From positions 32,001-96,000 of the forward strand of contig JALHMH010000014.1 in assembly GCA_022844165.1 (NCBI GenBank): a stretch of DNA of 64,000 nt, in the 5' to 3' direction. Below, in pieces: positions 50,408 through 59,037 of the stretch. A model generated the notes under the pieces. The model did no database searches. It had not been told where the DNA came from and saw only the letters and a program-made list of their open reading frames with translations. The stretch comes from Lysobacterales bacterium. GTDB lineage: Bacteria; Pseudomonadota; Gammaproteobacteria; Xanthomonadales; SZUA-5. Within the stretch, counting starts at the first letter, position 1. Each line of letters starts with the position of its first letter. The translations under genes and the position numbers were made by a program.

Positions 50408-51550
50408 TCACTGCAGCGCCTGCTCGATGAGCTGCATCCAATCGTCCAATGCGTCGGTACGGGTGCCCTGTGCCCGCAACAACCGTGCTGCGCCGTTGGC
50501 AAATCGCAGGCGCAGCGCCGCATCACGCAGACGCATGAGTGCATCGTAAAGCGCTTGCGAATCGCCCTCGTGGACGCTCAGGCCGGCATCGTAGGTGCGA
50601 ATCAACCTTGAGACTTCGCCATTGGCCGCGCCGCAAAACAGGATGGGTCGGTGCGCCATTGCGATGCCGTATAGCTTGCTCGGCAAAATCAGACCATCGA
50701 ACCGCGCTTGAAGGCTGACGAAATGCACATCGCTTGCGGCAAGGACGCTCGCCAGATGTTCGCCGGGAACGGGGCCGGAAAACGAGAACCGATCACTCAA
50801 GCCATGTGCATGTACGCTGCGTTTGAGCGCTTGCAGGCGTGGGCCATCACCGGTAATCGAAAAACGGATGCAGTCTTCGGGTCGCAAACGTGCCGCAGCC
50901 GCAACCAGCGTATCGAACTCGTGCGCGCGCCCCAGATTGCCAGAGTAGCCGACGACAAGTCCATCGCGGGGAGGCGCTTCGGACGCCTGGGTGGTGTGCG
51001 TCGGCCAGTTGGGAATGGTCGCGAGTCGCGCGCCGCTCGGCAGCAGTCGCTCCGCCATTCCGTCAGAGATGACCACAGTGGCGAAGGTCCGTCGCAGCGC
51101 TCGATTACGCATGGCACGCAGAGGCCAGAGCGCTGCTCGCGACCAAGGCCAATAGGCAGTAAGCACCTCGGGATAGACGTCCTGACTCCAGTGGATGACA
51201 TTGGCCCCCAATCGGCGAGCCAATGCGACGACCAACAGGTAAAACAGCGGCGGGTCGCTGCTGACGACGACCACATCTCCCCGTGCGACGCGAGCGCGCA
51301 ATACGCTCAGCGTCTTTCGCGCGTAACGTGGCCATGCCGTGGCTTTTTCGGTGAGGCGTGTGGGTGTGCTCCCGATGCGCTCGATGACTTCGATATACGG
51401 TGCCTCGCTACCCTCTGGTGCGGTGGACCGGCACAGCGCTGTGACTTCTAAACCCCGTGCGGTGAGCGCTTGCGCCAGTTGCGCCATGAGCACGCCGGTG
51501 GGCGCAACGTGCGGCGGCAGCCACTGATTGATCAACCAGACTCGTTTCAT
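50408..51550 (-). CDS. Glycosyltransferase family 4 (WbuB/WcaI-like)
   Basis: LINQWLPP, SSDPP, WSQDVYPE, IPNW, YSGNLGRAH, LPSKLYG; ATGA overlap with the mutL stop. Confidence 0.88.
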   Translation of the reverse strand: MKRVWLINQWLPPHVAPTGVLMAQLAQALTARGLEVTALCRSTAPEGSEAPYIEVIERIGSTPTRLTEKATAWPRYARKTLSVLRARVARGDVVVVSSDPPLFYLLVVALARRLGANVIHWSQDVYPEVLTAYWPWSRAALWPLRAMRNRALRRTFATVVISDGMAERLLPSGARLATIPNWPTHTTQASEAPPRDGLVVGYSGNLGRAHEFDTLVAAAARLRPEDCIRFSITGDGPRLQALKRSVHAHGLSDRFSFSGPVPGEHLASVLAASDVHFVSLQARFDGLILPSKLYGIAMAHRPILFCGAANGEVSRLIRTYDAGLSVHEGDSQALYDALMRLRDAALRLRFANGAARLLRAQGTRTDALDDWMQLIEQALQ

Positions 51551-53328
51551 CGGCCGCGCAAGAACAAACGATCGAGCGCGGCTTTGTCGAGCTGCACCCA
51601 CGTGGGTCGACCGTGATTGCATTGGCCGCTGCGTTCGGTGGCCTCCATGTCGCGCAGCAGCGCGTTCATTTCAGGCACTGAGAGTCTGCGATTGGCGCGG
51701 ACCGAAGCGTGGCAGGCCAGGGTGCTCAGTAGTTCGTTCTGGCGTTCTTCGATCCGCTGGCTGCTGCCGTGCGCCATCAAATCGCTGAGCACATCGCGCA
51801 GCAGCGCCTCGATGTCCAGATCGGCGAGCGCGCTTGGCACGCGCGTGACGGTCATTGCCTCAGGGCCGCTCTGGCGAACATCGAATCCGAGTTGATCGAA
51901 GTACTGGCGAGCACCATCGGCGCGTTCGGCCTCCCGAGCCGACACTGCAATCGTGATGGGAACCAACAGCGCCTGGCTGTGCTGTTGGCGCGTCGCTTTC
52001 AGGCGCTCATAGGTAATGCGCTCGTGCGCCGCATGCATATCCACCAGCACCAGGCCATCGGCATTTTCGGCCAGTACGAAAATGCCGTGCAGTTGTGCCA
52101 ACGCAAATCCGAGCGGCGGCATGCTCGGTGGTGCGGATGCGCGCGCTGCGTAGACCGCATTTGGTTCGGCGATCGAAGCTCCCCCTGGAGGGGCACGATA
52201 CAACTCGGTCAGCGCATAGGTCTGAGCCGCGACGGCGGTTTGCGAGGGCGCGTTTGTCAGCGGCAACTGGAACGTGTCGGGCATGGGCGCGCGTGTATCC
52301 ATCTTGACGAGCGCCGGCGCCACCGCCCCGGCGCGCGCATCTGCCAGAGCCGTGTGCAACGAACGATAGATCATATCGTGCACGATTCGACCATCGCGAA
52401 AACGTACCTCGTGTTTTGCCGGATGTACATTGACATCCACGCGCGTTGGGTCGATCTCCAGATACAACACAAAACTTGGATGCCGTCCATGAAACAGCAC
52501 ATCGGCGTACGCTTGACGAACCGCGTGCGCAACCAGGCGGTCTTTAACCAGTCGGCCATTGACGAAGAAATACTGCTGGTCGGCTTGTGAGCGCGCATCG
52601 GTTGGCAGGCCGACCCAGCCATGCAAGTGTGCATCGGTGGTTTGTGCGTTTATTGCGATCGCGCGTTCCGCCAATTCCGGCCCGACGACGCTGCGGAGGC
52701 GATTTCTCAGGCCCTTGTCGTCGTTGGCTGCCGCCGCACTGAGGATGGTTCTACCGTTGTGGTTCAGCTCAAAGCGTACAGCCGGTCTTGCCAGTGCCAG
52801 CGCGTTAATCCAATCCTGGATGTGACCGAACTCAGTTTTTTCAGCCCGTAGAAACTTGCGCCGGGCGGGAACGTTGTAGAACAAGTCCCATGCCTCGACG
52901 CGCGTTCCTGTACGCATCGCTTCGGCCTTCGGTTGGCTGATCTGCCCCGCTGCCGCGTCTATGCGAAAACCGTGGTCTTGCGTGTGCCGACGTGAGGCCA
53001 GCGATAATCGTGAAACGGAGGCGATACTCGGCAGCGCTTCACCGCGAAAGCCCAGGCTCGCGACGTGCTCCAGATCATCCAGTGACGCGATTTTGCTGGT
53101 CGCATGACGTTGCAGCGCCAGGACCAGTTCCTCACCGGAGATCCCGACACCATCGTCGCTCACGCGCACCAGTTTGGCGCCACCGGACTCAATATCGATG
53201 ACCACCGATTGCGCGCCGGCATCCAGCGCATTTTCGACCAGTTCTTTAACCACCGACGCGGGGCGTTCGATGACCTCGCCAGCGGCGATTTGATTGATCA
53301 AATGATCAGAGAGAATTTGTATGGGCAC
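51547..53328 (-). CDS. mutL: DNA mismatch repair endonuclease MutL
   Basis: NQIAAGEVIERPASVVKELVENALDAGA, GFRGEALPSI, DMHAAHERITYE, CNHGRP. Confidence 0.97.
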   Translation of the reverse strand: MPIQILSDHLINQIAAGEVIERPASVVKELVENALDAGAQSVVIDIESGGAKLVRVSDDGVGISGEELVLALQRHATSKIASLDDLEHVASLGFRGEALPSIASVSRLSLASRRHTQDHGFRIDAAAGQISQPKAEAMRTGTRVEAWDLFYNVPARRKFLRAEKTEFGHIQDWINALALARPAVRFELNHNGRTILSAAAANDDKGLRNRLRSVVGPELAERAIAINAQTTDAHLHGWVGLPTDARSQADQQYFFVNGRLVKDRLVAHAVRQAYADVLFHGRHPSFVLYLEIDPTRVDVNVHPAKHEVRFRDGRIVHDMIYRSLHTALADARAGAVAPALVKMDTRAPMPDTFQLPLTNAPSQTAVAAQTYALTELYRAPPGGASIAEPNAVYAARASAPPSMPPLGFALAQLHGIFVLAENADGLVLVDMHAAHERITYERLKATRQQHSQALLVPITIAVSAREAERADGARQYFDQLGFDVRQSGPEAMTVTRVPSALADLDIEALLRDVLSDLMAHGSSQRIEERQNELLSTLACHASVRANRRLSVPEMNALLRDMEATERSGQCNHGRPTWVQLDKAALDRLFLRGR

Positions 53329-53388
53329 GCTGAGGATGGCTGACGGATTGCGAGTGAAGCGGTGGCGTGCTGGTGGTCGCGAGCCTCA

Positions 53389-54279
53389 TCAGGACCAGCC
53401 AACCAGAACGACAATGGCGAAAAACGTCAGCCAGACGATCAACAATCGCCACAACAAACGCCGCGCTTCCTCGACCGCGGTATCGGCGATCACGCTGCCG
53501 TCGCTGGCAATGAATTCTTGATCGTCGATATCGACACAGGCTCGAGCCGTCGCGCTCAGAAAACCCAGATCCAGATGCAAGAAGCCGTGGCCATGGGTGT
53601 CATGATGCGCTCGCCAGGCTTTGGCGACCGCGTCGAAATCCGACGCAAGTGCCAGTGCCAGCGTCATTAATTGCGCTGGCAACCAGGCCAATGCGGCATG
53701 CAGTCGATCTGCAATGTCGGCTTGATTGGTTGGCAGGCTGACGCGCAGGTCCGGCGACTGCGCCAATAGTTGTACCAGGCGATAGCCCAAAGCGCCGACA
53801 GGGCCGAACACGACGAACCAAAACATCGGCGCGAACCACCGCGTCATTCCTGCGCCGAATGCGGCATCGACCAATTGCCCGCTGCTGGCATCGTCGCCGC
53901 TCGGATGCTCATTCCCAGTCAGCGCAGCCAGCGCTGCGGCGCGGTCGCTCGCCGTTCCTGCTCTGGCAGCTCGGTCCGTATCGACATCAAGGTCGCGGGG
54001 GCCCCAGGCAAGAAACAGCACAGCGACACCGAAAATGAAATCGAGCAAACCGTGCAACGGTGCGTTGAGTACTGTGTCGATCAGCGCCAGAGTGACCAAG
54101 AGCGGTAGCAACAGTATCGTCAGACCGAGTTCCGATTGCCAAAGCCCATTGGCCGCCAGCCGCTCGTTCAGCCAGGCAACGTAGCCACGCAACCAGACGA
54201 AGTCGCGCAGACGCGAGAGGTCCGGGGCCAGCCAGCCGATGGCGACGACAATCAGGATGGCAAGGAGCGAAAGAGTCAT
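53389..54279 (-). CDS. AmpE / CobD-CbiB-like membrane protein
   Basis: WGPRDL, WFAPMFWFVVFGP.GALGYRL, LAWLPAQL..LALALASDF, ARRLLWR. Confidence 0.7.
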   Translation of the reverse strand: MTLSLLAILIVVAIGWLAPDLSRLRDFVWLRGYVAWLNERLAANGLWQSELGLTILLLPLLVTLALIDTVLNAPLHGLLDFIFGVAVLFLAWGPRDLDVDTDRAARAGTASDRAAALAALTGNEHPSGDDASSGQLVDAAFGAGMTRWFAPMFWFVVFGPVGALGYRLVQLLAQSPDLRVSLPTNQADIADRLHAALAWLPAQLMTLALALASDFDAVAKAWRAHHDTHGHGFLHLDLGFLSATARACVDIDDQEFIASDGSVIADTAVEEARRLLWRLLIVWLTFFAIVVLVGWS

Positions 54280-54408
54280 TGCAGGCAGGCACGAGGTAAG
54301 TGTCGCCAGTATTTCATAGTCGCTGGTCGAGGACGCCGATTGCCAGAATTTATCGCTGCAGTCGAACGGCCGCAAGGCGCAGGCCGTTGCGGCGGATCCG
54401 GTGCACGG

Positions 54409-56085
54409 TCAGTCCGGCTTTGCGTCCCTGAGTTCACGGCGCAGGATCTTGCCGACATTCGTTTTTGGCAATTCGCTACGAAACTCAATGATTTTGGGCT
54501 GTTTGTATCCCGTAAGCTGATCCCGGCAATGTGCTTTCACATCTTCAACCGTCAGGTTCTGATCGCGCTTGACGATCACCAGCTTGACCGCCTCGCCACT
54601 TTTCTCGTCTGGAACACCAACGGCGGCTACTTCGAGAACGCCGGGCATCATCGCGACAACGTCTTCGATCTCATTCGGGTACACGTTGAAGCCGGACACC
54701 AGAATCATGTCCTTCTTGCGGTCGACAATATAAAAGTAGCCGCGTTCGTCCATCTTGCCGATGTCGCCTGTTCGCAGCCAGCCGTCGGCCGTGATCGTCT
54801 TGGCTGTTTCTTCCGGACGTTGCCAGTAGCCTTTCATCACCTGAGGCCCGCGGATGCAAATCTCGCCGATATCGCCTTGGGCGAGCAACTTTCCGTCATC
54901 GTCTTGAATGGATAGTTCCGTGCTGGGTGCAGGCACGCCGATCGATGCGGTGAACTCCCGGGTATCAGGGCGATTGACTGTCGCTACCGGTGAGCTTTCA
55001 GTCATGCCATAACCTTCAAACAACGCACAGCCCGTGGTCTTTTGCCACTTCTCAGCCACTGCGCGTTGTACGGCCATGCCACCGCCCATCGATAGCTTGA
55101 GTGGTTTGAATTCCAGCTGATCGAAACCGGGTGTCGCCAGCAATCCGTTGAACAGTGTGTTGACGCCGGTGATGATCGTGAAGCGATATTTGCCCAGTTC
55201 CTTGACAAAGCCTGGCATGTCGCGCGGATTCGGAATCAAGACGTTGAGGCCGCCCACGTTCATGAATACAAGGCAGTTACAGGTCAGCGCGAAGATGTGA
55301 TACAGCGGCAGCGCTGTAATGATGATCTCCTCGCCTTCTTTGACAGAAGGACCGAACCAATGCTTCACCTGAAGCATGTTCGCCACCATATTGCGTTGCG
55401 TCAGCATCGCGCCTTTCGACACACCCGTTGTGCCACCGGTGTACTGAAGAAACGCAAGGTCCTCGGGGCCGATGTCAGTGCTTGGAATCTTCTGATTGGC
55501 GCCCTGTTTCAGTGCGTCGTTGAACTTGACAGCACCTGGCAGATTGAAGGCTGGAATCGCCTTCTTTTGATACTTGACGACGAAATTGACGATCAGCGAC
55601 TTCGGAAACCCAAGCATATCGCCCACGCACGTGGTGATCACTTGTTTGATCTTGGTTTCTTTGACGACTTCCTCGAGCGTCTTGGCGAAATTTTCCAGAA
55701 CGACAATGGCCATCGCGCCAGAATCATTGAGCTGATGCTTGAGCTCGCGCGCGGTATACAAGGGGTTGGTGTTGACGACCGTGCATCCGGCACGCAGGAT
55801 GCCCAATAGCGCCACCGGATACTGAAGCACATTGGGAAGCATGATCGCCACCCGATCGCCCTTTTGTAGTCCGAGTTTGTTGCGTAAATAGCAGGCGAAC
55901 TTCTGGCTCAGATCGTCCAATTCGCCGTAGCTGATCACCTTGTCCATGCACACAAAGGCCGGGCGGTGGCGATAACGCTCGAAGGCGCGCTGCATCACCG
56001 CGACAATTGACGCGAATTCACTGGTGTCGATGGTGGCCGGAGTGCCCGCCGGATACTGCGCCAACCATGGATGCCGATCGCTCAT
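54409..56085 (-). CDS. fadD: Long-chain-fatty-acid--CoA ligase
   Basis: LQYTGGTTGVSKGA, ALPLYHIFAL, EGYGMTESSP, WLRTGDI, DRKKDMILVSGFNVYPNEIE, LPKTNVGKILRR. Confidence 0.93.
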   Translation of the reverse strand: MSDRHPWLAQYPAGTPATIDTSEFASIVAVMQRAFERYRHRPAFVCMDKVISYGELDDLSQKFACYLRNKLGLQKGDRVAIMLPNVLQYPVALLGILRAGCTVVNTNPLYTARELKHQLNDSGAMAIVVLENFAKTLEEVVKETKIKQVITTCVGDMLGFPKSLIVNFVVKYQKKAIPAFNLPGAVKFNDALKQGANQKIPSTDIGPEDLAFLQYTGGTTGVSKGAMLTQRNMVANMLQVKHWFGPSVKEGEEIIITALPLYHIFALTCNCLVFMNVGGLNVLIPNPRDMPGFVKELGKYRFTIITGVNTLFNGLLATPGFDQLEFKPLKLSMGGGMAVQRAVAEKWQKTTGCALFEGYGMTESSPVATVNRPDTREFTASIGVPAPSTELSIQDDDGKLLAQGDIGEICIRGPQVMKGYWQRPEETAKTITADGWLRTGDIGKMDERGYFYIVDRKKDMILVSGFNVYPNEIEDVVAMMPGVLEVAAVGVPDEKSGEAVKLVIVKRDQNLTVEDVKAHCRDQLTGYKQPKIIEFRSELPKTNVGKILRRELRDAKPD

Positions 56086-56160
56086 CGTCTTCCCTCCTTA
56101 AGATGATGTGTGCGGCAAGCGCCGCGTCGGTGCAAAATAGCCGCATTACCGGAGGATGTC

Positions 56161-56592
56161 ATGCGAAAGTGGTTTGGAAGTCTGGCTATCGCCCTGGCAC
56201 TCGCCGGGTGCGCAAAGGACCCCTCGGAAGACGCGCTGTTGGCGGCAATCGACAGACTCGAGAGCGCGGGTGAAGCGCGCGACGTCGGCGCATTCATGGA
56301 AGGAGTTGCGGACGATTTTGCTGGCAATGGGACGGAACTCGACCAGACTGGTTTAGAACGCTATCTCCGGTTGTTGGCGTTGCGCCATCAAACGATTGGC
56401 GTGACGCGAATGGCGACCAAAGTCGACGTCACCGGTGAGCGCGCCGTGGTCACGATGCAGTTGTTGCTGACGGGTGGTGCCGGCGGGCTCTTGCCTGAGT
56501 CGGGTCAGTTGCTCGACACTGAGTCGACGTGGCGTTTTGTCGACGGCGATTGGCATCTGGCGGGCGCGCGCTGGAAACCGGCCGGTGGTTAG
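56161..56592 (+). CDS. Lipoprotein with NTF2/SnoaL-like (DUF4440-like) domain
   Basis: Lipobox LAGC; EARDVGAFM..VADDF; C-terminal WRFVDGDWHL; GGAGG RBS. Confidence 0.75.
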   Translation: MRKWFGSLAIALALAGCAKDPSEDALLAAIDRLESAGEARDVGAFMEGVADDFAGNGTELDQTGLERYLRLLALRHQTIGVTRMATKVDVTGERAVVTMQLLLTGGAGGLLPESGQLLDTESTWRFVDGDWHLAGARWKPAGG

Positions 56593-56648
56593 CTCGCGAC
56601 ATTCGAAGTTGAACTGCTTCCTTCTTATTTTTGACCTGGTGAGTCTTT

Positions 56649-57476
56649 ATGTACGATCGACCGTCACGCGCAGCGGGCTCCAATCCTTGGCAACAAGCCG
56701 CACCCCGGACGACTGAAGCGCCAGGTTACGACCGCCGTGCGCAGCGTCAGCGTGAAGTTCGCATATTCGGTGTTGCTGCGTGCGTCGCGGTGGCAGAAGA
56801 CCGATTCGAGGCGATTCGCAAAGTGCATGTCAATCGCCAGCGCGCCAACATGTTCGGCGATCTTCTGGCGCGTCTGGCTGCAACCCGGGTTGGGTACAAC
56901 CTCGTCGAAGACGACGATCTGGAGCGCCTGACAGGGAGTCAACATCATGAAGGCATCGTTCTTGATCTGGAACGCAAAGCACAGCCGACACTGGCGACGC
57001 TCAAGAACGTCTGGCAGACGGCGCCACGTGCATTCGCGCTGGCCTTGGTCGGCGTCGGCAATCCGCATAACCTCGGTGCGATCCTTCGTAGCGCCGTGCA
57101 TTTTGGCGCCAGCGCGGTGCTGATGCAGCGTACACATGCAATCCCGCTATCGGGAGCGGTGTATCGAGTTGCCGAGGGCGCCGCGGAACGCGTCGCGGTG
57201 AGTCTGTTCGACAGTTTCGCGGATCTGCAGATACCGGGCATGCCACTGTTGGCGACCACGGTCAATGGGGAACGCTCCCTGTTTGCCGAACACATGCCCC
57301 AAAAGTCGGTCGTCATGATTGGCGCCGAAGGCCCCGGCTTATCTGCCGAGGTTGCTGCGCTTGCCAGCACGCGGTTGTCGATCCCCGGCACCGGCCGCGT
57401 CGACAGTCTGAACGTTGGCCAGGCCGCAACCCTGGTGATGGCCGAATGGTGGCGATCGGTACGCGAAAAGCGCTAA
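56649..57476 (+). CDS. TrmH/SpoU family RNA 2'-O-methyltransferase (YfiF-like)
   Basis: GSQHHEGI, GVGNPHNLGAILRSAVHFG, RVAEGAAE, IGAEGPGLS, IPGTGRVDSLNV. Confidence 0.9.
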   Translation: MYDRPSRAAGSNPWQQAAPRTTEAPGYDRRAQRQREVRIFGVAACVAVAEDRFEAIRKVHVNRQRANMFGDLLARLAATRVGYNLVEDDDLERLTGSQHHEGIVLDLERKAQPTLATLKNVWQTAPRAFALALVGVGNPHNLGAILRSAVHFGASAVLMQRTHAIPLSGAVYRVAEGAAERVAVSLFDSFADLQIPGMPLLATTVNGERSLFAEHMPQKSVVMIGAEGPGLSAEVAALASTRLSIPGTGRVDSLNVGQAATLVMAEWWRSVREKR

Positions 57477-57562
57477 CAAACGACTGAGCAGAATTTCCGT
57501 CGGATTTCGGTATGAGGCAAGCGGAAGAAGTCAGCTGGCCTGACCGTGGTTCGTCTGAGCAC

Positions 57563-58798
57563 CTACTCAAAGCCGTTGCCGAACAGTTCGCGGAATTCGA
57601 ACTGCATTTCGCCGGGCGAGCCGGGTGTGAACAGACGCAACGTATGACCTGAAATCTGTTCGGGCGGACGGTTGGCCTCGAACCAAAAACTGTACATCGT
57701 GCCCCAGCGGATCGCATTGCCGTTCGACGGCGACGCTGTAAAGACCGGCGCTTGCCACTGGATCAGGTTTCCGTTCGTGGTGACGGGCCAGTCTGCTGTG
57801 TCATACGGTTCGTTCGAGTGCGAATTGACATCGCGAAAACCGATGTTGGAGAAGATCGTTGCGCCTGCGAAGTTGATGCCGAGGCGATCAGCGCTGCGAT
57901 CCGAATTGAGATTGTGCACAGCGTATTCATAGCGCCAAAGCGTGCCGGGAGTGACCTCAATGACTTTGCGCGCCACATGAAAGCGTTGCACGATGGCGCC
58001 CGGCACGTCGACATTGACCAGCTGGACCGTGGGATCGATCGCCTGCCAGCCTTGAATTGCCGCGCGTTGACGCACGGTCGTTCCTTGGACGAGTAGATTG
58101 AACTCGGTTCCGCTGACGAGGACTTCGCGATACGAAGCATTGTTCAACGCATTGCCGCTCGCAGCATCATCCGGCGCCACGTAGTGGCCTTCCACGAAAT
58201 AACGCGCTCCGCCATTCAACGCCGGATCGACGTCGACCTCGGCCACTGCCATGCGTTGATTCCAAGCCTGAGCGGTCGAGCCGCCGCCGCCGATCGGATG
58301 TGGAAAAACGCCAGTGGTGGCATTGACTTCTGACCGTCGACCTAGCGGGCGAGAGCCATTGAGACCGGATCCATACGGATCAGTGCAGCCAACCCCCAGT
58401 TGATTGCCTCCCAGTGGTGGCGCCTGGCAGCTACCCGTGCCGCATCCCGATTGCGAAGAGTTGGTCGAGACAAAGCCGTGTTTGAGCCAGCTGGCGCCGA
58501 TCTGCTCGAAACGATCGTTCTTGAGGCGATAAACGTTCTGGGCAATCACCGGGTGATCGGCAGAGGTCGTACCCAGGCCGCAGCCCCCCGCGTTGTCGCA
58601 CCAATTCAACGGCTGCGTGCCGATGTTGCAGGACACTGTGCCCACGGAATACCCGCGGATACCACCGGCTGCCCCGTAGTTACCGACGCTGCTCAGAGTA
58701 AAAACAGTGACATCGGGGCCACTCTGAGCGCTGGCAATCCCCCCTGCGAAACACCAAAGTAGCAAGCTCCAGCGGTACCAACGTGTTGCAGCGTTCAT
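57563..58798 (-). CDS. Secreted Cys-rich protein with a putative lysyl-oxidase-like N-terminal domain and C-terminal LFGNGFE tail
   Basis: Signal peptide (ASA-Q), ATG after GGGGGAG; motifs GPDV, CNIGT, DHPV, WLKHGF, LGVGCTDPY, RYFVEG, LNNASY. The CDS is solid; the function is inferred. Confidence 0.6.
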   Translation of the reverse strand: MNAATRWYRWSLLLWCFAGGIASAQSGPDVTVFTLSSVGNYGAAGGIRGYSVGTVSCNIGTQPLNWCDNAGGCGLGTTSADHPVIAQNVYRLKNDRFEQIGASWLKHGFVSTNSSQSGCGTGSCQAPPLGGNQLGVGCTDPYGSGLNGSRPLGRRSEVNATTGVFPHPIGGGGSTAQAWNQRMAVAEVDVDPALNGGARYFVEGHYVAPDDAASGNALNNASYREVLVSGTEFNLLVQGTTVRQRAAIQGWQAIDPTVQLVNVDVPGAIVQRFHVARKVIEVTPGTLWRYEYAVHNLNSDRSADRLGINFAGATIFSNIGFRDVNSHSNEPYDTADWPVTTNGNLIQWQAPVFTASPSNGNAIRWGTMYSFWFEANRPPEQISGHTLRLFTPGSPGEMQFEFRELFGNGFE

Positions 58799-59037
58799 AA
58801 GTTCTCCCCCGGGAGAGCAGCATTGTCGCCGAACGCAAGATTGGTCGCCAGTGTGATATGTCATAAACACCTTTGACTATTTCCGCACCTCTGGTGCGAA
58901 CCAGGGAGGGTTCGCTCATGGATCGAGCATGCAAGCCGGGGCATGGCTTTCGCCGATGGGTTGCCGACACGCGACAACAGTGTTCGGGCAATGTGCTTTT
59001 GTGTTCGAATGATGCGATTCCCTGTCGGAGTGGGTTC

